From Antedon mediterranea (taxonomy: Eukaryota > Animalia > Echinodermata): 64,000 nt of DNA. This document shows, piece after piece, positions 10,724 to 22,500 of this stretch. The notes under the pieces are model-generated. The model worked only from the letters and a program-made list of their open reading frames with translations, was not told where the DNA came from and searched no databases. A program made the position numbers and the translations under genes. How positions within the stretch are numbered: position 1 is the stretch's first letter; each line of letters opens with the position of its first letter. The DNA lies in contig NC_092673.1 in assembly GCF_964355755.1 (NCBI RefSeq), forward strand, positions 2,480,001-2,544,000, written 5' to 3'.

Positions 10724-13088
10724 TTATTTTTGAATGGCTCTAAATAAAGCTGATATGTTGCCTGCTCCAAACCCAGTAGCACCACAACGTTGGACGTACT
10801 CAAAGAAAAATGTGTCTTCATTAAATAAGGGTTTTGTGAAAACCTGCATAAGGTATCTATTGTGAAAAAGAAAACATTATTTCATTAAACCTCAAAATAA
10901 AAAATAAACTTGTACCTGCATGCTGTCACAGTGTTTAAGTATTTGCTGGCTATTCATTGCTGTATAAAAATATTGTTGCGCAGTTTGCGTAAAATATTAT
11001 AAGCTGATTTACGATCAATTAACTACATCACCTGTTGTTATTTTTGTCCTCAGGTTTTACTTCATCTGTTTCAGCATCCAATAGAATTCCATACTTTTGC
11101 AAGGTCGTGACCTCTTCACCAGATTCAATAATTTCATCCAGTTTACCAACCTAAGTTTGAATATTTAAGTTTAATTATTTATATTACACTGAAACAGGTT
11201 AAAATGTTGGCTGTAAAACTAATAGAAATTGGCCATGTATGGTTGACCTCAGTATGACCTCAGTGGAGAGGATACTTACCTTTGTGTAATAAGCTTCAGG
11301 TGGTTGAACGAACTCAAGTCCAGAGTGTCGTAACGAACTGACAGTGTGAACCAAGTCAGGCGTGTGAAGACCAATATGTTGAACTCCAGCGCCACGGTGT
11401 TCTCTCAGAAAAGTTGCGATTTTATTTTTCCCTGAAAACAAAAAATCCAATAAGATCTTAATCGTTAAAACAAAATAACATTTCTTTCGTGAAATAAATT
11501 CCCATTATTTTTCATTACATTACTGATAAAATTGAATTTAAATTTATTTGTTCATGATACAGTTGATTGGATCGCCGTCTATCGCGGCAAACTATATCAT
11601 CCTTTGCTTAGAGGTATTACCAAGTAACCTATATGTTATATCTTCTTTGGTATTACCCACATATTCAATTTTATTTATTTCTTGCCCAAAATGTTACAGT
11701 ACATGCTCCATCGTTCAATAATATAGGGATATCCATATCCATTAGATAACCACAATGTTGGATCCACACTTTGCTCTACCATGTATGGAAAAAGATTATT
11801 ACCCTGTCCAGGCAAAGGTTCAGCAATGACAAATATGGTAGGCTGTTCACTGTTGTCATCACTTGCTGCTGCGAAACGTGTTGAATTACATCGCCAGTAT
11901 TCCATAGCCTTCAATCTCATTCCCACGTCATTAACACGTACTACAAAACCTTCATCTTTATCTTCATCACTGTGAAAAGAAAATTAGAATTAAGATAAAT
12001 AACAATACTTTAGTTAAAGATGTATTGTCCCCCAAAAAACATGAAAAATGAAGATTAATAAAATCAGACTTTAAATAGGCCATTTTTCAGTTTTAATAAA
12101 GTTATTCACTTCTGTAAAAAAAAACCGCAAACATTTTCAGGTAAATAATTTTTGTTTTGATCCAGGTTTTGGTTAAAGTGAATACCGTAACTATTATGTG
12201 ACATTAAAATGGCATATTAAAAAAAAATGTGTAGATGGACAATATATCTTTAAGCACTAGTATTTTATCAGTAGGTCTAGACTTTTTTTTAATATCCCAA
12301 AATCAAATTTTCTTTCTAATGACAACTTTAGACATAGCTATAGTAACTCTAAAAAACAACTGTGCAGGTGCTAGAATGGCGTTTCTGTATCTTTTATTAT
12401 GGAACGGCCATCTACAACCTTTGTAGATATCCTAATCCATTCCAACTCAAAGAGGCTGTGAAGGGAACATATCTCAGGATACTGCATAGAGTGGAGAGAA
12501 ATTGTAGGCCTACCTGTTAATCTTGAGACGTTTCAATCCAAAACATTTTTCGTACCATTTAAGTACTCTTTCAGAATCACCTATTGTACAAACATATGTC
12601 ACATGATCAAAATGTACATTTTGATCCATTTCCGTTTCTTGTAAGCCAAGACATTCTGTAAACCCAGGCAGAAAGACACCTGTGTAGTTGTCGGTATTCA
12701 ACAGTGTATGTATAACATCACCAACACAAGATCTAACAGCGGCTATAGACACCTCACCGTACGCATCTTTTATTATTTTAGGTTCACAAACTGGTTCTGC
12801 TCCTCCACATACAGCTTTTTCAAATGATTCTTCCACATTTTTTACATGAAATGAAACATCATAAACAGAATCAATTTGTTGCTCGTCTTTACAGGTGTTG
12901 AGAACGTAGTCGTCCTCCTGTCGATGGTCCGTAACTACAAACATAGCTTCACCGTTGCGCAGAACCCAAGTATTGCAGTCGTTCACTTGTTTGAATGCAA
13001 ATAACCGAAACTGTAGATTATTGACCATCTTTTGCGTAAATTTCCATCCATTTTTGGTGAAAATTTTGAAATGATGATGCCTAACCAT
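10724..13088 (-). CDS. HPDL: 4-hydroxyphenylpyruvate dioxygenase-like protein, copy B (5 exons, ~381 aa from first ATG)
   Basis: Exons 13088-12514, 11969-11803, 11431-11280, 11150-11032, 10856-10724, GT-AG and in phase (1146 nt). Same intron positions and motifs as copy A; ends [16 protein letters not shown]. The start codon is uncertain (the ORF extends 25 codons upstream without an ATG). Confidence 0.88.
12018..12249. mobile_element. Kolobok-like MITE, copy 2, in HPDL-B intron 1
   Basis: ttaa|agatgtattgtcc ... ggacaatatatct|ttaa; matches 4794-4984. Confidence 0.8.
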
Positions 13089-13467
13089 ACTTGTGCCAGG
13101 ATCTACTAATGAAATAGCCTTATCAACATGGTCAGCCAGCTGTTTGTGAGCAAGGTATTGCACTTGTTATTTTAAGTGTATCCTTGCCGTTCGATTGGTT
13201 GATTTCATATCACATGTTATGTCTATTGTTCTACAGAGCATCTGACAACTGAGCTATATCAAGGTAAACTGACAATCATTGAGATTGTTCAATCTATCTA
13301 TTCAACATTAATTAATTGTACACACTTGGTTATTGTAGAGTGACCATGATGATAATTGGATGAGAAGCCTAGTATAAGCAGGGAGTCCTTGTCATTTACA
13401 TGAAAAAGGCAAACTGCGTTTACATCAATAAAATTCTACCTTTAGAATGATATCGTCAAAAGTGTAA

Positions 13468-13903
13468 AGCTCTGTCTACACTATCAAACTTTATGCGACA
13501 AAAAAATGTGATGTGCCCATATATGGACATAATGATGTCATATCACTACCATATGGAGTGGAGTTGTGGCCTGGTGGTTATGATGCTTGGCTACCAATCC
13601 AAGGGTCCTGGGTTCAAGTCCTGTCATATGTCAGGATTTTTTCTAATGACAATTTACAACTCCACTCCCAAAGACTTGTAATAAAGACTTTGTTTATGTA
13701 GAGCATTGTGTGTATATGTTTGTCTCGTGAACGGATTGCCACCTTTAAGAAGGATAGTGATTGAATTTGCTTATGGTTATCCTTGGCAATTTGCCTAAAT
13801 ATATAAAATAAAAAAAAATAAAAAAATATTTAAGCATACCACTACCATATTTGGGTACATTACACTTTTTTTGTCAAAATAGTTTGATAGTGTGGACAGA
13901 GCT
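13468..13903. mobile_element. MITE family 1 copy interrupted by a SINE
   Basis: Intact TIRs agctctgtctacactatcaaact ... agtttgatagtgtggacagagct. The core is split at actaccata|tattt. Confidence 0.88.
13554..13826 (+). mobile_element. Near full-length tRNA-derived SINE with A-rich tail
   Basis: A box tggcctggtggtt, B box ggttcaagtcc, ~150-bp body, then an aaaataaaaaaaaataaaaaaa tail. Homologue at 5941-6043. Confidence 0.8.
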
Positions 13904-14764
13904 TTACAGTAATTAAAAAATAAATGCTATTTGAACAAAATTGTAGAAAACCACGACACAATCATGTTTTGTAATTGATTTAATCTATCGAAAATCCAAA
14001 AAAGAAAACCTGTCGAGTAGAAAAAAACCAACTTCAATAAATACTTTAAAAAATAGGAACTATAACAATCAGTGGATATGCCTGTGGCATTCAGCCACTG
14101 TGCCATCACTGACCACCAATACTGTTTAGTATACATGTCATAATAAGTAGGAACAAGGCGATGGGTTTAGGTTTATACAAAGAAAAACAGATCTTATATA
14201 ACAAGATGACATACTCTAAAAACATCTAGAAACAAATTTCTAGAATTTTCTATAGAACATAAAACAATGAACAATTAACCAGCTTCATTGAGTGAACTTC
14301 ACTTACCATTACGTTATCATTTTGATGTCATTTGTCATATTCGATTGGGAATTTTCGTCAACATAAAGATTCGTTGAATACTTTTTGTATTCAAATTGTA
14401 AACGAATTGTGCTCAACAGAAAATCATTCAAATAGAAAACGTTAAACGCAAGCTCAATCTCAATGCTCAAAATACTCTGTTAAATAAGTACTCAACGGAA
14501 AAACTGTACTCAACGGTAAAAGTCCCAATCAAATACGACAACTGTACACAGCTATTATTTCGTGTTGGTATTTACATATGAAAAAACATGACATTAATTT
14601 AATCCAGAAGGTTGTTCTATTGTAGGTATTGTATTGTCTCTTGTTTTTGTTGTCTTCTAAAAGAGATTACATAACACCTAAATAAATTACTGTCATTTGA
14701 ATAAGATTGAATAAAAGGTATGCCTACAATCATCCAATCAAATGACAGGAATTAATTTAGGTGT

Positions 14765-14895
14765 TATATAATATACAAATAATGAATATTTATGAGTGGA
14801 ATGTTACAAATAATGAAGTGTTATATTTGTACCATTCCACTCATAAACATTCATTATTTGTACCATTCCATTCATAAACATTCATTATTTGCATA
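14765..14895. repeat. Small foldback/tandem repeat (acaaataatgaa...tttatgagtggaatg / cattccactcataaacattcattatttg)
   Basis: A ~31-bp unit present as tandem copies and in inverted orientation. Confidence 0.65.
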
Positions 14896-15814
14896 ATATT
14901 GAACACAATGTAAAACATAATTTAAAAGCACCCAATGTTGTGGGTAGTGGGCTGGTAGTATCCTGGCCTTTTGATCACAAGGTTATGAATTTGAGTTTTA
15001 TGCTGACAACAGAATATTTCATGTATACGTTGTTGAGTATGCCATCTTACTATACAATCATTTAAACATACTTATATCACTAAACAATATTTATAAACAT
15101 TACATAATTTACAAGTATATATAGATAAATATTATATAATTTATAACAATGTACATAATAAGATGAGATTATATAACAAATCGTTGATCACAAGGTTTAT
15201 TTCTAAATTTAAGAGAAAACCAACAAATTAAGTACCAATATTAAACACACGTTTGTAAATAAAACACCACTTTTGAGACGCTGTTTGTGTTCTATAAACA
15301 AATTTAAAATTCAATCAAACTGTATTAAAGAAACGTTAAAATTCTAAATACAAAAATAAACATATGGAAGTCAGAACACTGTAAAATTAAATACTTCTTT
15401 TTTGTATTGAATTAATAGTGCCTCTTGCACTAAAACATTACAACTGAAATAGTTTTGTATAAAAACAAATTAAAATTCTTACTTAATTGGTGGCCCCCTT
15501 TAAAGTCTCTCTGATGAAACGTTATAAATATATATTATACATAACATTCTTATGAAATGATAAAAGATCAAATGATATTTGTAAAATATTGATGCGTTCA
15601 CTGATATTGTAAATATTATGATTATGCAGACTCTTCTTTTCTATATTTTTTACATTATTTCTAATACTATTGCGAGTGAATAAATACTGTACAAACACAC
15701 ACTTTATGTGATATTGTATTATTGAAATATTTGGAGGTTTCCATCATGGGAAGTCAAATTAAATAGTTTTGTCAAGACTTTTGCTGTTTTCTGCTAACAA
15801 AAACATGGTATTAA

Positions 15815-15945
15815 AGCTTGGTTCCCACTAGGATGTAACGCAGCGATGTAAACGAAATGTAAGTAAGTGATGGATTATTATTAACTGTCGCTTGTGATTG
15901 GTCAACTTTCTTGCATTTGAATTGCGTCCTAGTGGGAACCAAGCT
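15815..15945. mobile_element. MITE family 2 (AGCTTGGTTCCCACT TIR, PIF/Harbinger-like), probably in the ADGRA 3' UTR
   Basis: agcttggttcccactagga ... tcctagtgggaaccaagct with TWA flanks; second copy at 25350-25481. Confidence 0.8.
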
Positions 15946-16522
15946 TTAGGAAGAGAGGAGAATAAATAAAAAATTTGCAGCATAATAAATCCTATTAAGT
16001 TATCGGCATGGTCAAGAATTTAAAGTTCTCTCAACCGTGCAATTTGCCATTCCCACCAAAGAAAAAGAGGAATTAAGTAAAGAGCAATTAGGAAGATGGA
16101 TGGATAGAGAAACAGTGGCTGGATCTCAATGGAGATACAAAAAAAAAGCAAAAAGCTAAATAAAAATGATAAAGTAAAACAGCCAGAAAAGTTAGAATAA
16201 TATTCTATGTTAGATAATTAGGTATGAAATACAACATCATGTACACTTACAGCGTATAACACCAATATACACAAATAAACTTTCCTTTTAGAAGAAAACG
16301 CATGATTAAATACATTATTTACTGTTTAGATTATTATACAAAAGTCAATGGCATATATAACAACAATAATACCTATTTTGGTCAAACATGAAGTGGGAAT
16401 TAAACGTAGCACAGCCAATTTGGAGTTTATGGCATTGCTTTGTAAAAGAATTTCTAATTACTATAGATGCACCTTCCGTTTTTCTTCCGTTTTTCTTCTA
16501 ATTCTAGTGGGTTTTTTCCCTT

Positions 16523-19500
16523 TTAAACACTTGTTTCTTTATTCTTTTGTCCGTTACTTTTTATAGCGAATCCATTCACTTCTTTTGTGATCATAAAAAC
16601 TTCACCGCCATTTTTCTGTTTTTTAAGTTCTGATTGAGCGGTATGTCCGCCTAATTTGTGGTCGTCGGTTTCCACAAGATGCTTCGAGAGAGGGTGCATC
16701 TCCTGAACGGTGACGCTAGAACTGTAGCTGCTAATTCCATATCCGGACATATTTGGATCCGGCGTTTTACAGTTTCGTTGGCCTACACTTTCTCTTGATG
16801 TGTTTCTCTGTATTGAAGCATTTTTCAAATCATCTTTTGACGATTGTCTTTTAACATGACCTATGTTCAATCCGTTTTGACCTTTACGTCGGAGCTGTTG
16901 GTTATCACCGTTAGATTGAGTCATTTTTGGCAAGGTATGACCATTCTGATATGCTTGGGGAAGTATGTACGTTTTACCGGATCGTTCCAACGTACTAGCA
17001 TCTCCGGTGGTGTAGTTTGCTTGCGTATCCCGCTCGTCCCTACTTTCTTCTAATGCAGACATACGACTTTCTGGCGCACTCGAAAGACTATCGTGAAATC
17101 CACCCCACACAATCTGTTGCGTATGATCATTTGACATATCCGCAGAATCACGAGACAGCTGTGAATACCGTGCATATTTATAATGTTTAGGCCTAGAACG
17201 TTTTTGATGCAGTTGGTACCTGCTATATTGTCCATTACCACGTTGATCTGGGCCAGTTAAGATAGGAGTTTCATGCAAACTATTGTCTTCCTGTAAGGAC
17301 ATATCGGTTATCGTGTGCGCTGGGACGTAATTACACTTTGAAGTCGTCCGACGTGAACCGGATTTAAATGACGGATTGGTTGGGTTTGTGTTACTTGAAC
17401 GATTTGTAAAAGTTGAGTCTAAACTACTTGCTGATTGTCTACGACATGCACCATTGGCATTGCCGTTGGCTGTTACGGGAGATAACATGGCCATTTGCGC
17501 ATCAAACGCTCGTCGCTTTTGACATCCAAACGCAACTTTCCAACAGTACTTTACATCATTGCGCATTAAACAAAAAAATATGAATACGTAAAGACCGAAC
17601 ATGGTCATCATAACAGCATTCACATAGCTAAAAATAGAATAAAAGAACGCTTTCTGGGTAACAGCAAGGGCGCCAGAAACCCAAGTTAAAATGTACATAA
17701 GTAACAAAAGTACCATTCCGCGCAATTGTTTCTGATACGAATGTTCGTGATCCAACACGCTTGAAATTACAGACGCGGCTGTAGTATGATGCGTTCCTAC
17801 AGATTCTGAATCGTTTAAAAATGGCTGTTCTGTCTCGGCAGTACGCACACTGTCTTTATTTTGCGATACCTGCTCAGATGTCGTTGTGATTTGAGTTTGA
17901 TCAGGTGTTAGCTGTAGTGATGGAATATGTGCATCATATTTGTGTGATGTTGGCAATCGTTGTATCCTGAGGAATGCCATAATGATGAATACTAACTGGA
18001 CAAGTAGAATAAACATGACTGTGATGGAGAATCCATACAAACTCACCTCAAAGTCAAGCCAACAACTGAAACAAATCAAATATAAATAATTTAGGTCTGA
18101 ATCATTATAGTAATTGATGATAAAATTGATTATAATACTGTTAATAATTGAGACACTTTTATTCAGTGGACACCTAGCTGTAAAAGGGACATATATTTAA
18201 TTTATTTAATTTATTTATTTAATCACGTTCTTGTTTACAACAAGACAAGCCATTTCTGGCTTATGAGTGAACCAATATATAATATAGCAATTAAACACAG
18301 ATAAAACCATCAAACAAAATAACAAGTTTTAACAGTCTTCAAAATTCAAAAATTCAAAAATCTTTTATTGTCCAATTACATACAAAATACATACATGCCA
18401 TTGGAAATGTGTCGTTTGATACACTACATACAAAACAATTAAAAAATAAAGAGTTATACTGTACATCATTCACAAAACATGTTACAACACAAGAAATAAA
18501 AAATTTAAATATAGAAAAAGCACACGTAACTTAAACACCAAATAAATAACAACAAAATAAGCAAAGGATTTAACACCAAAACAGGGAATACTTCTATTAA
18601 GGGGAGGCCTTCTCTGGGTCCAAAAGGTGTCCCTTAAAAGGGTTCTACTGTGTTTGATTAGGCTTCTGCATGACCTGTCAATCCAAAGACAAACTTACAT
18701 GTCAGATCCACCATAGTTTTCCAAGTTGACGGCAGCTGTAATTCCAACTACGATAATCGGTATACCTATAATCAAACAAACATTTAATCAATGAAAATAA
18801 AAATCACATACAGTCATTTTAATATTTTATTTTCTAAAAGAATAAGCTAAACCAATGAGAAGAAAGCACATTCAATTGAAATAATTTTCTGGCACAGAAC
18901 AATTTATTGCCTTTCATAAGATATTCTAGAAAAAACTTACCCCAACCAATGAAATAGAATCGAATAATTGGTCTCGGTGGGAGTGGCGTTTCACCCGGAA
19001 TTACCGATCTACGTTTTCTGCTGAGTGATTTCATGATGTTTCGTAGCGATATCCCGATCCAGAGTAGGATGCAGAGGGTTGTGTAATGCAGGCCAATACC
19101 AACAATTTGACAGACAAGAGGCGTGGCAGTGCGATTGATACCACCGGCAAAGAAGATGATGAGCAGAAGGATACCAAGAGATATGTTGATGATGGCGTGA
19201 AGACAACGCTTCTTCATTCGGATCTTACTGAAAGATTTTAGTGGGATCATGTTAAGCTCTGTCTACACTATCAAATAAATATGGTAGTGATATGCTCAAA
19301 TATGGTAGTGATATGCTCAAATATGGTAGTGATATGCTCAAATATGGTAGTGATATGCTCAAATATGATATTACTATTAAGTGGAAGAATAGACACTTTA
19401 TGGAGGAGTAGATTTACGAATCAACTTACCTGCAAAATATGATGTATGTAACAAGGTTAAACAGAACTAGAATGAAGCAGATAAAACACCCCAGGTAGAT

Positions 19501-22500
19501 AGCAGGATGCAGAAAGCCATTGTTCCACCAGAAAGAACTGTCATCTTCCTTAACAGATACATCCTACATGTAAGATAAAACATGGATGGTGAATGAACAT
19601 TATTAGTATGTAGAGATGTTTGTGAATTCATTATTGTTATACATTTTGGGGAAGAGGCCGAAGGTTTTACCATTTTTAAAGTAGTTTATATCAGTTGCCG
19701 CTTTTACGGATTTTTTCGAGAGTTTTTCCAACTTTTGTAAATCCTTGATTGACACCGAATTATTAATATATACTGTTCTTCTATGGATATAAGTCCAAAG
19801 AGAAAAATGAAATTTTACTGAATGACGCACAGTTGTGAATATTTGAATGAAAGCTATATGTGCAATCAAAATGATCTAAGATCTAAAAGTAAAGTCCCAT
19901 TATAGGCACAATAGTACTATTTTCACAGCAGAATAATCCTGGTACCTAACCAGGCAACATTAGATTGTTCTTCATACCACTATAGTGAAACTGAAAATTT
20001 GAAAAAGAACAGATGCTTTTTTTCACTTCAGCTCCTGTTAATACTGTTCCAGCGAGCTTTCATATTGGAGCTTCAAAGCGCTGGAGGACGGAGTGGTGTA
20101 AATGATTCCTCCGCTTTTCTTCTTTTTTTTTTTGGTTATCTTAGGATATTTTATAGATCATTTTTGTGTGTAAAGCGCTTAGAAACTTTGTATTAGGCAC
20201 TATATATGACTATCATTGTTATAATTAGTAACGTGAAGAGTAGACCTACCAAAAGAACGGCATAATTTGTCATGTGGTTACAATGTACAACACTTTCATT
20301 ATTTGTTGATGATACCACTCTACAACCATCTGATGCCCATGCTCCTTGTGATCCTGAAGAAAAAGTTTTTAAATATCACTACCGTATTCAATCATATCAC
20401 TTTGGGCACATCACAATTTTTTTTTTGTCAAATAGTTTAATAGTGTAGACAGAGCTTTCACACTAAATCAACATATCATTGTTTATTATAGGTCACATTA
20501 ACTAATAATTAAGTATGGAAGAAGATTGATATGAAGAAGAAAGATAAGAAGAAGATAGATAAGATAATATAAAATGTATTCATATAAAAATACCTAAAGC
20601 AGTGAAATTCCAGTAAACTGCTACCGGGTCAACACCTTGCTTGGTAGGGAAGGTCAGCACCACAGGGTCACTAAGGTTGGACACCACATGTCCAGCTAAA
20701 AAAAAATATTTTAAAACCATTTAACAAAAAAATAATACTGTACTAATCTTTATTCAGTGTATATATTTTTTTTCATTTCAAGTCACGGTTAGGTCTCACC
20801 TAAAACACATGTGGTTTATTATAAGTCACAGTTACAGATGGAAATTTAATGAAATTAAAGGATAGAAATAAACACAGTTTTGTTATTTTGATTTATATGT
20901 ATTTGTTGCACTGTTTGCCTTGTAATTGTGATGTATTATTATGAAAAGCGCCTTTGAGCATTGAGACTATTCATGAAAAGGGCGCTATAGAAATGTGGTA
21001 TTATTATTAAAGGAATAAGAGTGCCATACTACACTTACCAATTTTGCTTGATATTACGTAGCTGCCAACAACCCTTCTTCCGTCATTATCAAGTAAAACG
21101 CTGTTGTTCCCTTTTGTTTGGAATAATTTACCATTCCGATAAAAGAAAAAGTAAAGTGTGTATTGAGACTGGGAGCTATCGTCCTTCCTCATGGAAAGAC
21201 CATGGAAAATATTAGCTGGTAACTGGATGGCTGCTTCTACTTTCTGGAAGAAGAAAAAAGAATTATTATTGAGTGCAAAATTGTATATTTTACTTCGTAC
21301 TTGGTATGTTGAACCTTTTGCAGCTCATAATGAAGCTATACAGGGATTAGGTGCAGGTGAGGAATCAGTGTCAAAATCTGCAAAAACATATGTACAATTT
21401 AAAAGAGAACTTAGGAAAAATACATTACAGTAGAACCTGTGTTTTACGTACCCTGATTTTACGTTCCCTCGATTTTACGCACGCTTAAAATAACCGATGA
21501 CGTCATCATTTTCTTACATTGAGGGCGCAATTTAACAACAACAAAGCACACAAAGCCACAATCATGGCTGTGTGGTGAGGAATTCTGCTGTGTGTGGGAC
21601 AAGCTACGCACGTGCATTCCCCCTAAAGCAGCGACTGTTTTTAATATTGATAGAAAACAATTATATTTTACACTTTATTTAAACATCGCACAGCCTGTAT
21701 ATACTGTACTTTTCTAGTTAGGCCTCACATCTTGCTAGGCCTGCTAGCTTGGCCTGAATAGTCTAGGCAAGGCCTAGCTAGTGACCACCTGCATACTGTA
21801 CAGAAGGGATACAGAAGTAGGCAAACACGGCTAGCTACGATCTCTACGTATTTGGGGTCAATTTAAGGTCAACCTTGATTTTACGAATCCCTTGTTTTAC
21901 GTACGCCTTTCGGTCCCGTACCGTACGTAAAATGGAGGTTCTACTGTATATTAAAACTCCCATCCCATTCCTATTGTAGTATTCAAGACATCCCAAACAT
22001 TGTATAACCTTACCTATGACCTACAATGCATCAAAATGATTTCCTCAATTCACAACATATCTAATACTTACTTTTAGTCGACTATTAAACTGTTTGACCG
22101 TTTTATTTGCACTGTTACACGACATCTCAATATCTTCACCGTACGGTCTTGGCGTCTGTAGTTTCAAGGCTACACAGGTCATTCCCCAGAATCCATTTGT
22201 GGTCACATTAAATGTTTCAAATAAGATGTTGGATGAGGAATGTTCAAGGGATTGTGTGCTTGTGGAACTGGCAAACCTCTCCAAAGATAGTACAATCCTG
22301 TAAGAATTCAAATAATTCAGGTTACTGGTATTATACAGTGAAAATATAGATGGCAGCAAACATGACAAAACTGTCAAATATGGCAAACCTTTTCCAAAGA
22401 GGGTACAGTTCTGTAAAAATTTAAATATATAAAGGTATTTATATATTAAAAATATAGATTGCAGCAGACATTTTATAAAAGAATACAGTAGAACTTCAGG

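Noticed and set aside
21293-21378. Extra ADGRA exon after a good ttttgcag acceptor
   Set aside because: There are stops in all three phases, and the flanking exons already join in frame.
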